From an uncultured Oligoflexus sp. (lineage in GTDB: Bacteria; Bdellovibrionota_B; Oligoflexia; Oligoflexales; Oligoflexaceae): a DNA stretch of 42,294 bases. Both the position numbers and the translations under genes were made by a program. The notes under the pieces were generated by a model, which had not been told where the DNA came from, ran no database searches, and worked only from the letters and a program-made list of their open reading frames with translations. The stretch lies in contig CAXSGP010000037.1 of NCBI GenBank assembly GCA_964236955.1, forward strand, positions 1 to 42,294, read 5' to 3'. This document shows, in pieces, positions 27,422 to 35,535 of the stretch. The first letter of the stretch is position 1, and every line of letters starts with the position of its first letter.

Positions 27422-27850
27422 ATGAAGTTGCTCATAGCCCTGTGTTTTGCCTCGATGCTGACGGTTGATCCTCTTTGGGCTCGACAAAGTTCTGAACCAG
27501 TTGAAATTACTAAAGTATTTGAAAAGCTGAATCTTTCCGCAGAACAGAAACAGCAGATGAAGGTGATGCGCGAGGAGATGCAGACCAACGTCGAGAAGAA
27601 TAAGGTCGCCGTTGCCGAAGCGAGGGCCAAACTCGACAGTGTTCTTGATGGTGACAGTAGCGATGAAGCCATTCGCACCGCTAATTCGGATCTGATGAAG
27701 CAAAGAAACGAATTGGAAAGCCTGCAGCTTGAGCATATGCTTAAAGTTCGGGCGCTTTTAACTCCCGAACAGCGCAAAACCTTTAGTTCACTACGGCCAA
27801 GGGGAAAGAATGGGAACGAAAGTCGCGGATTGGCCCCAAGTCATAAATGA
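27422..27850 (+). CDS. Spy/CpxP-family (LTxxQ) periplasmic protein
   Basis: Signal peptide; LNLSAEQK and LLTPEQR motifs. Confidence 0.85.
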   Translation: MKLLIALCFASMLTVDPLWARQSSEPVEITKVFEKLNLSAEQKQQMKVMREEMQTNVEKNKVAVAEARAKLDSVLDGDSSDEAIRTANSDLMKQRNELESLQLEHMLKVRALLTPEQRKTFSSLRPRGKNGNESRGLAPSHK

Positions 27851-28352
27851 TAGGAGCAGCCATGATTTTTCGGTCCTCTACAATCAGCATGTAGGCACAG
27901 TGCGTCGCATTTTATCGCGCATGGTAAGCTCAAATGATTTGGATGATTTAGTTCAGGACGTTTTCGTCCGAATCTATCGGTTCCAGGACAAATTCCGTGA
28001 AGAATCGGATCTTAAGACCTGGGTTCATCGGATCTGCGTAAATACTGTGCAGGATCATTACCGCAAGAGACGCTGGACCGGACTGTTGAGTTTTGGGACC
28101 GATAGCATACCTGAGCCCGTCGCTCGGGAGAACTTTGCCGAGGATTTGCAAAACCAGAATTTCGTCGAACAGGCTCTGCATAAGCTAAGCGTGAAAGAGC
28201 GGGTCGTTGTTGTCTTGTTTTATCTTGAAGACAGTACGATAGAAGAAATTAGTGCGACATTGAATTTGCCAGAGGGAACGATCAAGTCACGTCTTCATAG
28301 TGCGCGCGGCAAGCTACAAAGTTTTCTAAAGAAGGAAGGAGTGGAAGTATGA
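27810..28352 (+). CDS. ECF RNA polymerase sigma factor
   Basis: DDLVQDVFVRIY and KTWVHRICVN (region 2); EEISATLNLPEGTIKSRLHSAR (region 4); start uncertain. Confidence 0.92.
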   Translation: MGTKVADWPQVINDRSSHDFSVLYNQHVGTVRRILSRMVSSNDLDDLVQDVFVRIYRFQDKFREESDLKTWVHRICVNTVQDHYRKRRWTGLLSFGTDSIPEPVARENFAEDLQNQNFVEQALHKLSVKERVVVVLFYLEDSTIEEISATLNLPEGTIKSRLHSARGKLQSFLKKEGVEV

Positions 28353-28669
28353 GTGATCAAAAATTAAGGGATTTTCTCAAGAAAGGTGCTCCTCCCGTTC
28401 CCGAATCAGGGCCCCAGGAGTATCAGCTGATCATGAGGCGCATTCGCCATGATCAAGCTTCAAATTCTCAAAGGCCTTGGCAGCTTTGGACGCTTTTTGG
28501 TTTTAGTGCGGCCATACTCAGTCTGCTGTTGAGCTTTACCTGGCAAGAGGATCGAAATGTCGAAGAAGACCTCTACCGCGACCTGGACGCTGCAGAATGG
28601 GTGCATGTCAATCAAAGCGATGCCTATAAAGATTGGCTTCAATTAGCCGAATATTCGACAATTGAGTAA
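28349..28669 (+). CDS. Putative single-TM anti-sigma factor
   Basis: ATGA-coupled to the ECF sigma; short cytoplasmic N-terminus, one TM segment, acidic tail. Confidence 0.65.
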   Translation: MSDQKLRDFLKKGAPPVPESGPQEYQLIMRRIRHDQASNSQRPWQLWTLFGFSAAILSLLLSFTWQEDRNVEEDLYRDLDAAEWVHVNQSDAYKDWLQLAEYSTIE

Positions 28670-28794
28670 AGAGCCTTGGCCTTGCGTGGCAGCTATTTAA
28701 ATTGGATTATCCATTAAAGACGCCCATGGACAAAAGCTAGCAGTATCGGCTTAATCCCTATTCTTTTCTGACTGCTTTTATAAGTGATTATTTT

Positions 28795-29712
28795 CTAGCT
28801 CATATAATCCATGAGTCTTTCGCTTAAAAATTCTACGAATCGCTTGATCCTCAGAGGGATTTCCTTTTGCTGAGGCATCAGTATTTGTATGGGCCCGCCC
28901 TCAGTCTGCCATTCAGGAAGCAAGCGGATGAGACTGCCCGCTTTCAAAAAATCCTTGGCGATATAGGGCGGCAAAGCCGTAAATCCCACATCCGAGAGCG
29001 CAAGTTCGCGCAAAACAAAAAAGTTATTGGAAGAAAATATAGGGCTCAGAGGCAAACTCTGGGTCCTGCCCTCTTTCCGGATCTTTAGGACGAGCGAACG
29101 GGTGTTGAGCGAGCTAAAGGCTAAAAAGGGCAGCTCGCGAAGATTCTGAAACTCTTTAATATTCGGGTATTTTTGCAAAAGTCCGGGGCTGGCGACAAAT
29201 GAGAGCCCCACGCTGCCTAACTTTCTTTGAAGCATGGTGCTATCGCGCACCTTTCCAATACGAACCACCAGATCGAAAGAGTCACGGATCAGATCAACGA
29301 TTGTGTTGCCGACGTGGAGATCGATACGGATCTTCGGGTTCATGCGAAGAAATTCTTTAGAAACCTGACCCATAAGAGAAAGGCCTATATCGTCAGGTAC
29401 GGAGAGTCGAATCGAACCGCTTAGCTCTTCGGAACTGGATCGAACCTGATCCAGAGTGTTGCGCAATTGATTTAACAAAGGCGATGCCTGGAGAAAAAGC
29501 TCATTTCCAGAAGCCGTGAGTTGAAACTGTCGAGTTGTTCGATAAATAAGCTGAATGCCTAGGTCTTTTTCCAAGGCGGATATATGACGACTGATACGGG
29601 ATTTTGGCTGTCGCAAATTTAAGGCGGCTTTGGAAAAGCTGCCAGCCTGAACAACTTCCTTAAAAATTCTTAATCTATTCAAGTCTATATCAGAGTACAG
29701 GAGCGACCTCAT
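28795..29712 (-). CDS. LysR-family transcriptional regulator
   Basis: GSFSKAA-L...SRHISALEKDLG-L-YRTTR-LT-G HTH; DLIRDSFDLVVRIG. Confidence 0.95.
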   Translation of the reverse strand: MRSLLYSDIDLNRLRIFKEVVQAGSFSKAALNLRQPKSRISRHISALEKDLGIQLIYRTTRQFQLTASGNELFLQASPLLNQLRNTLDQVRSSSEELSGSIRLSVPDDIGLSLMGQVSKEFLRMNPKIRIDLHVGNTIVDLIRDSFDLVVRIGKVRDSTMLQRKLGSVGLSFVASPGLLQKYPNIKEFQNLRELPFLAFSSLNTRSLVLKIRKEGRTQSLPLSPIFSSNNFFVLRELALSDVGFTALPPYIAKDFLKAGSLIRLLPEWQTEGGPIQILMPQQKEIPLRIKRFVEFLSERLMDYMS

Positions 29713-29731
29713 TGTTCTATTAGAAGCAACA
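29713..29731. promoter_or_regulatory. Possible LysR binding site
   Basis: TGTT-N11-AACA (T-N11-A core) next to the lysR start, in the divergent intergenic region. Confidence 0.4.
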
Positions 29732-29816
29732 TTGATTACTGTTTCTGTCTACTTTTGGAACATACAAGAAATGACGATAATTGCGATGAAATTATTAATT
29801 GATGAGGTTTCCACCC

Positions 29817-30443
29817 ATGTTGAATCAGCAGTCACTTCTCTCTGGCATCGCCGGTCTTTTCCTTGCCGTTTCCCCAGCAGCCTTTGCAGCAAGTCAAAAA
29901 TACGAAGCTGCCAGCTATGCTGTCGATGCCGCGCACAGCAAGGTTGGATTTGAGATTCCTCACCTGGTCATTTCCAGCGTGGAAGGACGATTCAACAGGT
30001 TCGAAGGCAGCTTGAATCTAAACGATAGCTTTGAAAAATCTACTTTCAAAACTGATGTTGACGTTAGCTCGATCGACACGGGCGAGAAGAAACGCGATGA
30101 TCATTTGATCTCGCCCGATTTTTTTGATGCTAAAAAATTCCCAAAAATGACTTTTGAAAGCACCGAAGTCAAGGGCACGCCTGAAACCTTTAAACTCACC
30201 GGTAACCTCACTGTTCACGGCGTTACAAAAAAAGTGACATTCGATAGCAAATACCTTGGTACCGTCGTCGATGGCTATGGCAACCAAAAAGTAGCGTTCC
30301 GCGGCGCTACCAAGATCAACCGCAAAGACTTCGGCCTGGTCTGGAATCAAGCGGTGGAGGCCGGTCCTATCGTCGGTGACGAAGTTACGATTACATTGAA
30401 TATTCAAGCTGGAAAACCGGGCAAAGCTCCTGCTAAGAAATAA
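29817..30443 (+). CDS. YceI-family periplasmic lipid/polyisoprenoid-binding protein
   Basis: Signal peptide; VDAAHSKVGF, SIDTG-RDDHL-S-DFFD, GNLTVHGVTK and INRKDFG motifs. Confidence 0.93.
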   Translation: MLNQQSLLSGIAGLFLAVSPAAFAASQKYEAASYAVDAAHSKVGFEIPHLVISSVEGRFNRFEGSLNLNDSFEKSTFKTDVDVSSIDTGEKKRDDHLISPDFFDAKKFPKMTFESTEVKGTPETFKLTGNLTVHGVTKKVTFDSKYLGTVVDGYGNQKVAFRGATKINRKDFGLVWNQAVEAGPIVGDEVTITLNIQAGKPGKAPAKK

Positions 30444-30453
30444 TTTGAATGAC

Positions 30454-30476
30454 GACGCCCCGAAGGTTGGGGCGTC
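30454..30476. terminator. Hairpin between convergent genes (probable terminator)
   Basis: GACGCCCC-gaaggtt-GGGGCGTC; weak U-tracts. Confidence 0.55.
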
Positions 30477-30482
30477 TCATCA

Positions 30483-30935
30483 TCAGTTCGAACGTCCAAG
30501 AGCCTTTTCGGTCCGATCGCTGAGAGCGGTCAGGCAGGCTGTAAGACCGGCCTTAAAGTCTTCGTTGATTTTCCCCTCGTCTTGATTATCCTGCTTTGTT
30601 AAGACCTCATCAATCCCACGAATTTTACAGACTGTCGCAAAACTGCTTTGAACGAGCTGGGCTTCATATTTTTCGTTAATAATGGGATAATCAATGGCCT
30701 GTCCAGGCCAAAGTGTTGCAAAAACTGTGACCTGCTGCTTGTTTGCCTCAAAGTTGATAGCCTTGAATTTAACCCGATAGCCTTCGGCACAGGGTGTGTC
30801 GATACAGGCTTTCTCAAGGACTTGCTGAATGCTGTTATGGGGTACAGGCGCGGCCCTTGCTAAAGAAGGGTAGCTCGTGGAGATCATTGCGAGACAAAGG
30901 GCGACCGAGAAACGAGAAAGGACTTGGTGACGCAT
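30483..30935 (-). CDS. Hypothetical secreted protein with Cys pairs
   Basis: ATG at 30935 after GAGG; signal peptide; CIDTPC motif plus two more Cys. Confidence 0.65.
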   Translation of the reverse strand: MRHQVLSRFSVALCLAMISTSYPSLARAAPVPHNSIQQVLEKACIDTPCAEGYRVKFKAINFEANKQQVTVFATLWPGQAIDYPIINEKYEAQLVQSSFATVCKIRGIDEVLTKQDNQDEGKINEDFKAGLTACLTALSDRTEKALGRSN

Positions 30936-31152
30936 AAAAACCTCTTGCTGCGTGGAGCCGGGAGAATTCCCTGACTGGGGAAAACTTAAAGGCTCAAGTC
31001 TTTTCACGCCATGGACATCATCTGAGTGGCTAGATATTGTTAATGACGGCTTTTAAAAGTTCTTTTGAAATTTCCATACCAGGACAAGGCGCGAGCCGTG
31101 GCTGCGGCTTCTAAAAATCAGGGATTTTGGAGCTGCCTCGGGGGAAAGGCCT

Positions 31153-32346
31153 TCATGGCTTACATTGAATATCGTCAAGAATAGCTTTAGCGGCAAAAGC
31201 TCCCTGAGACACCGCGCCTTGAATGAGAAAGCCCCCGGTCGGCGCTTCCCAGTCTATCATTTCACCTGCTAACCAAATTCCCGGATAAGATCTTAATTCC
31301 AGAGTAGGCGAAAGATTGTCCCAGGCAACTCCGCCGCGCGAGGAGATGCTTTCCGAGAGGGGACGAGGGTCAAGCAGGTCCAGGGGGAAATTCTTGATCA
31401 GCTCGGCAAATGCATCGATGTCCCGCTTCGCTTCGGGCTTTGCCATATGAAAGAGTAAGGCCAGGGCGGTTTTATTGAGCTGGAGATGCTTTTGCGCGCG
31501 TCTGATAAGGCTAAGGTTTTCTTTGCCGGCCTGGAGTTTTTGCTTCACAGCCTCCAGGCTAAGATCCGCTTTCAAATCAAGCGTGGCTTTACCCGTTGCA
31601 CCGAGAGTGTAGACCGGTGTCCCTTCCAGGCCGTATCCGGTAACTATGAGGTCACCTTTCCGTGAGCCTTTAGCGTTGCTCAATACGATGTTTTTAAAAG
31701 GCTGCCCATCGGCTTCAGCTAGAAACTCCTGGCTCCAGGCTATATGAAAACCACTATTCATCGGCGTAAAGGGTATCATATTCAAGGCTTTTCGCTGCAG
31801 TAATAGCGGCCAACGCAGGGGAACCTCGTCAGGCTCGTAGCTGCCGCCGCCCAAGCATAATAGGACACGATCAAAACGAAGGCGGGATCCTTGTGCAAAT
31901 TCCAGGGTCCACGCCTTTTCGTGGCTTTCGAAATCCACAAGGTCATAGCCTAGATGAAACTCCACACCCATGCTTTCAAGACGGCGGCGCCAGGCCCTGA
32001 CAAGTTTCGCAGCATGCATTGTTTCGACAAAGTAACGGCCGCTTGTGCCAAGAAAAGTTTTCTGGCCCAGCTTCATCTCTATAAACTGCACCCAATCAGC
32101 GTTGGACCAATCCTCGAGACAATTCTGCCAGTGGATCCCCGGCCCGGAGTACTGCCGCGCAAAGGCATCGGGAGCCATCGAGTTGCTTATATTGAGGCCC
32201 GAGCTTCCCGCTACAAAAAGCTTCCAGGCGGCGCCACGGCGTTTTTCAAACACGGCAATCGAAAGCCCGGCCTCAGCCAGCTTATCGGCTGCCATCAATG
32301 CAGCTGGACCGCTACCCACTATCGCCAGTTTGTTGGACTCTGTCAT
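31153..32346 (-). CDS. HI0933/BaiN-like flavoprotein (TIGR03862-like)
   Basis: IVGSGPAALMAA, KLFVAGSSGLNISNS, GTSGRYF, GLEGTPVY and AGEMIDWEAPTGGFLIQ motifs. Confidence 0.88.
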   Translation of the reverse strand: MTESNKLAIVGSGPAALMAADKLAEAGLSIAVFEKRRGAAWKLFVAGSSGLNISNSMAPDAFARQYSGPGIHWQNCLEDWSNADWVQFIEMKLGQKTFLGTSGRYFVETMHAAKLVRAWRRRLESMGVEFHLGYDLVDFESHEKAWTLEFAQGSRLRFDRVLLCLGGGSYEPDEVPLRWPLLLQRKALNMIPFTPMNSGFHIAWSQEFLAEADGQPFKNIVLSNAKGSRKGDLIVTGYGLEGTPVYTLGATGKATLDLKADLSLEAVKQKLQAGKENLSLIRRAQKHLQLNKTALALLFHMAKPEAKRDIDAFAELIKNFPLDLLDPRPLSESISSRGGVAWDNLSPTLELRSYPGIWLAGEMIDWEAPTGGFLIQGAVSQGAFAAKAILDDIQCKP

Positions 32347-32420
32347 GTGCTTGGTCTTTAGATTAGGCAAAGAACGGGCTCAGGAATGAGGAGAAAATAG
32401 CAGCTGCATAGAGGGCGTGC

Positions 32421-32442
32421 AAGCCCCTTCAACGGGGCTTTT
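32421..32442. terminator. Hairpin/terminator downstream of the small cytochrome-like gene
   Basis: AAGCCCC-ttcaac-GGGGCTT-TT. Confidence 0.5.
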
Positions 32443-32458
32443 CGCTCAAACAAAGCAA

Positions 32459-32785
32459 TTATTTGTAGAAATTCGCGAAGACTGCTTTCTCAGTCGCGGT
32501 AAAGGGAGTTGTTCCGGCCTTGGGCATCGTACCAGCCGCGACTTGAGTAGCTGCCTTCGTGTTGGCCTTCATAGCAGCTTCTGTGATGTTACTAAAGTTA
32601 GGAGCGACTGTGCCGGCGTGGCAACCAGCGGTCGCACAGCGTGTGGCCACAAGGTTCTGCATGGTCGTATTGGTCCACACAGGAGCAGCGGCTGGAGCGG
32701 CAGCCGTATCTTTGGAATCAGATCCGCAAGCGACAGCGAGGAAAGACAGGGAAAGGCCTGCGATGCAAGAGATGATTTTTTTCAT
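32459..32785 (-). CDS. Small lipoprotein, cytochrome c-like with a CX4CH motif
   Basis: ATG at 32785 after AGGAG; lipobox LAVAC; CATAGCH and a distal GTMPK. Confidence 0.7.
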   Translation of the reverse strand: MKKIISCIAGLSLSFLAVACGSDSKDTAAAPAAAPVWTNTTMQNLVATRCATAGCHAGTVAPNFSNITEAAMKANTKAATQVAAGTMPKAGTTPFTATEKAVFANFYK

Positions 32786-33011
32786 GGCTGGGAGTCTCCT
32801 TGGTAGGGAACGGGTAATGACGTACGGAACACCTTCATTATAGAAGGAGGGCAAAAATAGGGTCAATCACCAGGCAAATAAAGATTCGCTTTAGCTGCTT
32901 TGGCATTGAGCGCTTCGAAGGGTTTGCCGGCTTGAAAAGTCGACAAAAAGCCGGTTTAAACTTAGGAATTCGACTTGCTAGAGCCTAGTTTCAGCCTCAA
33001 ACCGGCCTCTT

Positions 33012-34139
33012 TTAGAGGCAGGACCCTACCGAATTGTCTTTACATTTACGGCCGTCAAGCCAGGTGGCTCCTCCCAATTGAGTCCCGGTCCAGTCCACGG
33101 AATTTTCAAATCTTACGTTTTGCAGGTTCGCCATACGAAGATCGCTGTTTTGAAAGGATACCGGGCCATGGAAGGAGGTGCCGAGAAAACTAACGCCTTT
33201 GGTCTTGGCGTTTTTAAATTCAAAGCGGCCGTTGACGGTCATGCCTGAAAAATTTGCGCCTTCGGCATTGCTGCCGTTGAACGAAACATTTTCGAATTCA
33301 GACCCGGCGATGTTGGACATTGCAAAGCAACTGCCTTCGAAACGCGTGTTTTGCATATAGGAACGCGAAAAATTGGAGTGTCGGGCATCGACGTTGATAA
33401 TTTTGCTATTGAACCACCGACTGTCAGAGAAGTTGGCAATGATGAGTTCGTTGTTTTCGAATCTTATGTTAGTCCATTCGGTGCCAGTGAAGGATGATGA
33501 GGAAATACAGGAGGCAGTCAAGGAAATATCTTTCCACCTCAAGCCGTCAATATTTTGAGAAGTATACTGAATGCCGTTGCTGTTGCCGCTTATTGTCTGA
33601 ACATTTCTGAGCGGTTTGGCGAGGATTGGAATCACGCAAAATGCAGGTCGTAAAGCATCGCAGCCATCGAGGGCGCTCGGGGGGGCAACAGGGGCCATGG
33701 GGTCAAGGGCGGTTTTAATGGGATTTGGGCTTGGTTTTGGCAATGGAGCCGGAGCCGGAGCCGGGGCGGATCCTGGCCCTGTTCCCGGCAGCGGACCTGG
33801 CGAGGGATTGCTTGCAATCGGATCCTTAGGTTTTTCGGCGACGGGGGGGACTGGAACCGGGTTGACCGCTTGGGGTGGTAAAGGCGGGGCCTTTTCCGCT
33901 GGTGTTTCGGTGACAGGAGCTGGCAGAGGCGGATTATTAGGATCAGAATCGACAGGATTTGGGGGCGACGCGGGTTCACCCTTAGGCTGACTATCAATTA
34001 CTCCGCCCTCAGCCTCAATACCGGGTAGGTCTGGTTTTTTTGTGGCTTTGGAATTAATGTCGCCGTGAAAGGAAGCGGAGCGGCAGCCGCTGATACCTAT
34101 ACCTGCGAAGAGAAATGCTGCGGTGATCTTATTTTTCAT
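33012..34139 (-). CDS. Lipoprotein with a Pro-rich linker and C-terminal pentapeptide repeats
   Basis: Lipobox ISGC; about 120-aa Pro-rich region; ANFSD/SNFSR/ANFSG/ANLQN repeats; ATWLDGRKC-SVGSC end. Confidence 0.82.
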   Translation of the reverse strand: MKNKITAAFLFAGIGISGCRSASFHGDINSKATKKPDLPGIEAEGGVIDSQPKGEPASPPNPVDSDPNNPPLPAPVTETPAEKAPPLPPQAVNPVPVPPVAEKPKDPIASNPSPGPLPGTGPGSAPAPAPAPLPKPSPNPIKTALDPMAPVAPPSALDGCDALRPAFCVIPILAKPLRNVQTISGNSNGIQYTSQNIDGLRWKDISLTASCISSSSFTGTEWTNIRFENNELIIANFSDSRWFNSKIINVDARHSNFSRSYMQNTRFEGSCFAMSNIAGSEFENVSFNGSNAEGANFSGMTVNGRFEFKNAKTKGVSFLGTSFHGPVSFQNSDLRMANLQNVRFENSVDWTGTQLGGATWLDGRKCKDNSVGSCL

Positions 34140-34422
34140 AGATAGATTCTTTCTATTCAATATCAAGCATTCAGCTTGTCCACGCTATCGACGGGCGGCA
34201 ACACTTTAAGGATATCACTTCATCGCCTAGGTGAGAATGGCCGAATAGGGTAGGGATCACGGAAAGGCCGATAGGCCAGCGTCCACGGATAGGCCTTTAG
34301 TGTAAAGGCTTACAGCTGTCTCCGGAGCCTCTTAAGGTGCCGCCTCAAGTTTTGGAAGGGACCCCGATGGCCGCTCTTCAAAGTCGTCATGGCCAGGGCC
34401 ACTACCCTATAACCCGGCTATT

Positions 34423-35307
34423 TTATAGCTGGATTAGGCTGACATCCCTATCTTTACAAGAATCCCTTGAACTAAACTGCCCCTGGCTTTCAACTTGTTT
34501 ATAATCTTCGGCTGAAATCGCCCCCACTGCATAGTCTGGCCCTCGGAGCGGCGCTGAACTGTGGGATATCTTTACCCGTACCAACCAGGATCGAAGCAGC
34601 GGGCGTTCAAGAAGTGAAAGCTTATTCGTAGCGAGACTGGTTTCCTCCTTTTCGCCGATAGAGGTGCCCACCCCTACGGCAAATCCAGCGAGGAGCCACG
34701 TGACGCGGATATAAGTAGCCCGCGTATAGTTCGAAAGGAGGAAGGGACGGCTATCACCCAAGCGCCGGCGGAGCGCTTGAAAATGCGTGAGATTCCACAT
34801 GTCGACATTCCCGCGAGGCGAATAGGGATCGTAAAAAATGGAATGCGGCAAAGGCAGCTCGGGGCGCAACATGACCTCACGAAAATCGCCGACATGGAGA
34901 AACCAACGGATCCGCGGGGTGATTTGCAGGAAACCTTCCTTTAAAAGTTGAGCGGCGGCGTCCTGATAAGGCGCGAGATAATCTAATTCCTCGACATGAT
35001 CGAGCGCAAACCGCAGGGCCTCTAAAGAACGATCAAAGCTATGAATTTCAGCATTCCCATCCAGTTTTTTGAAGGCATCAATAGCAGCAACTGCATTGGC
35101 ACCGGCGCCTAAGCCTACATCCCACAGGACAAAATTCTCAATGGTATCGTCTTTGATGCGATCCGCGAAACGATGCTGATCGACGTGCAGTATATTGGCT
35201 TCGGCAAGAGGACCGATTCCGGGATGAAAGGTCTCGTTATTTTCAATAAGTCTGAGACTTTTAATCCCCGACTTGAGGGTGACGATCTCGAACTGCGAAT
35301 ATGACAT
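34423..35307 (-). CDS. Stand-alone MnmC/MnmD-like tRNA mnm5s2U34 methyltransferase
   Basis: ETFHPGIGPLAEA, DVGLGAGAN (SAM motif I), FYDPYSP-N-DMW and R-LLAGF motifs; start uncertain. Confidence 0.75.
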   Translation of the reverse strand: MSYSQFEIVTLKSGIKSLRLIENNETFHPGIGPLAEANILHVDQHRFADRIKDDTIENFVLWDVGLGAGANAVAAIDAFKKLDGNAEIHSFDRSLEALRFALDHVEELDYLAPYQDAAAQLLKEGFLQITPRIRWFLHVGDFREVMLRPELPLPHSIFYDPYSPRGNVDMWNLTHFQALRRRLGDSRPFLLSNYTRATYIRVTWLLAGFAVGVGTSIGEKEETSLATNKLSLLERPLLRSWLVRVKISHSSAPLRGPDYAVGAISAEDYKQVESQGQFSSRDSCKDRDVSLIQL

Positions 35308-35535
35308 GGTCTTCTTCTCTGGGCTGATCGTAGATTTCAAAAGAACGCCACCTTTTAAATCGTTTAAAGATGAAACGCACGAATAGTTTTCCTCGCCCAT
35401 CAAAAACCTGTTGAAGCTAGACCCAAATCGATAGAAAGGGCTAAAAAGTCACCGCTTGGCCCAGGTGATTTAAGAAGTCCTCATGTAAGCTTAAGCTACA
35501 ATCGAAGATCTTGCCCACTTGCCCGGGGATTTTTA

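Noticed and set aside
33745..33762. (GGAGCC)3 as a phase-variable repeat
   Set aside because: In-frame hexamer encoding the Ala-Pro linker; a length change would not switch the frame.
34185..34208. sigma28-like promoter TAAA...GTCGATAG before the pentapeptide gene
   Set aside because: The spacer is 12 nt rather than about 15.
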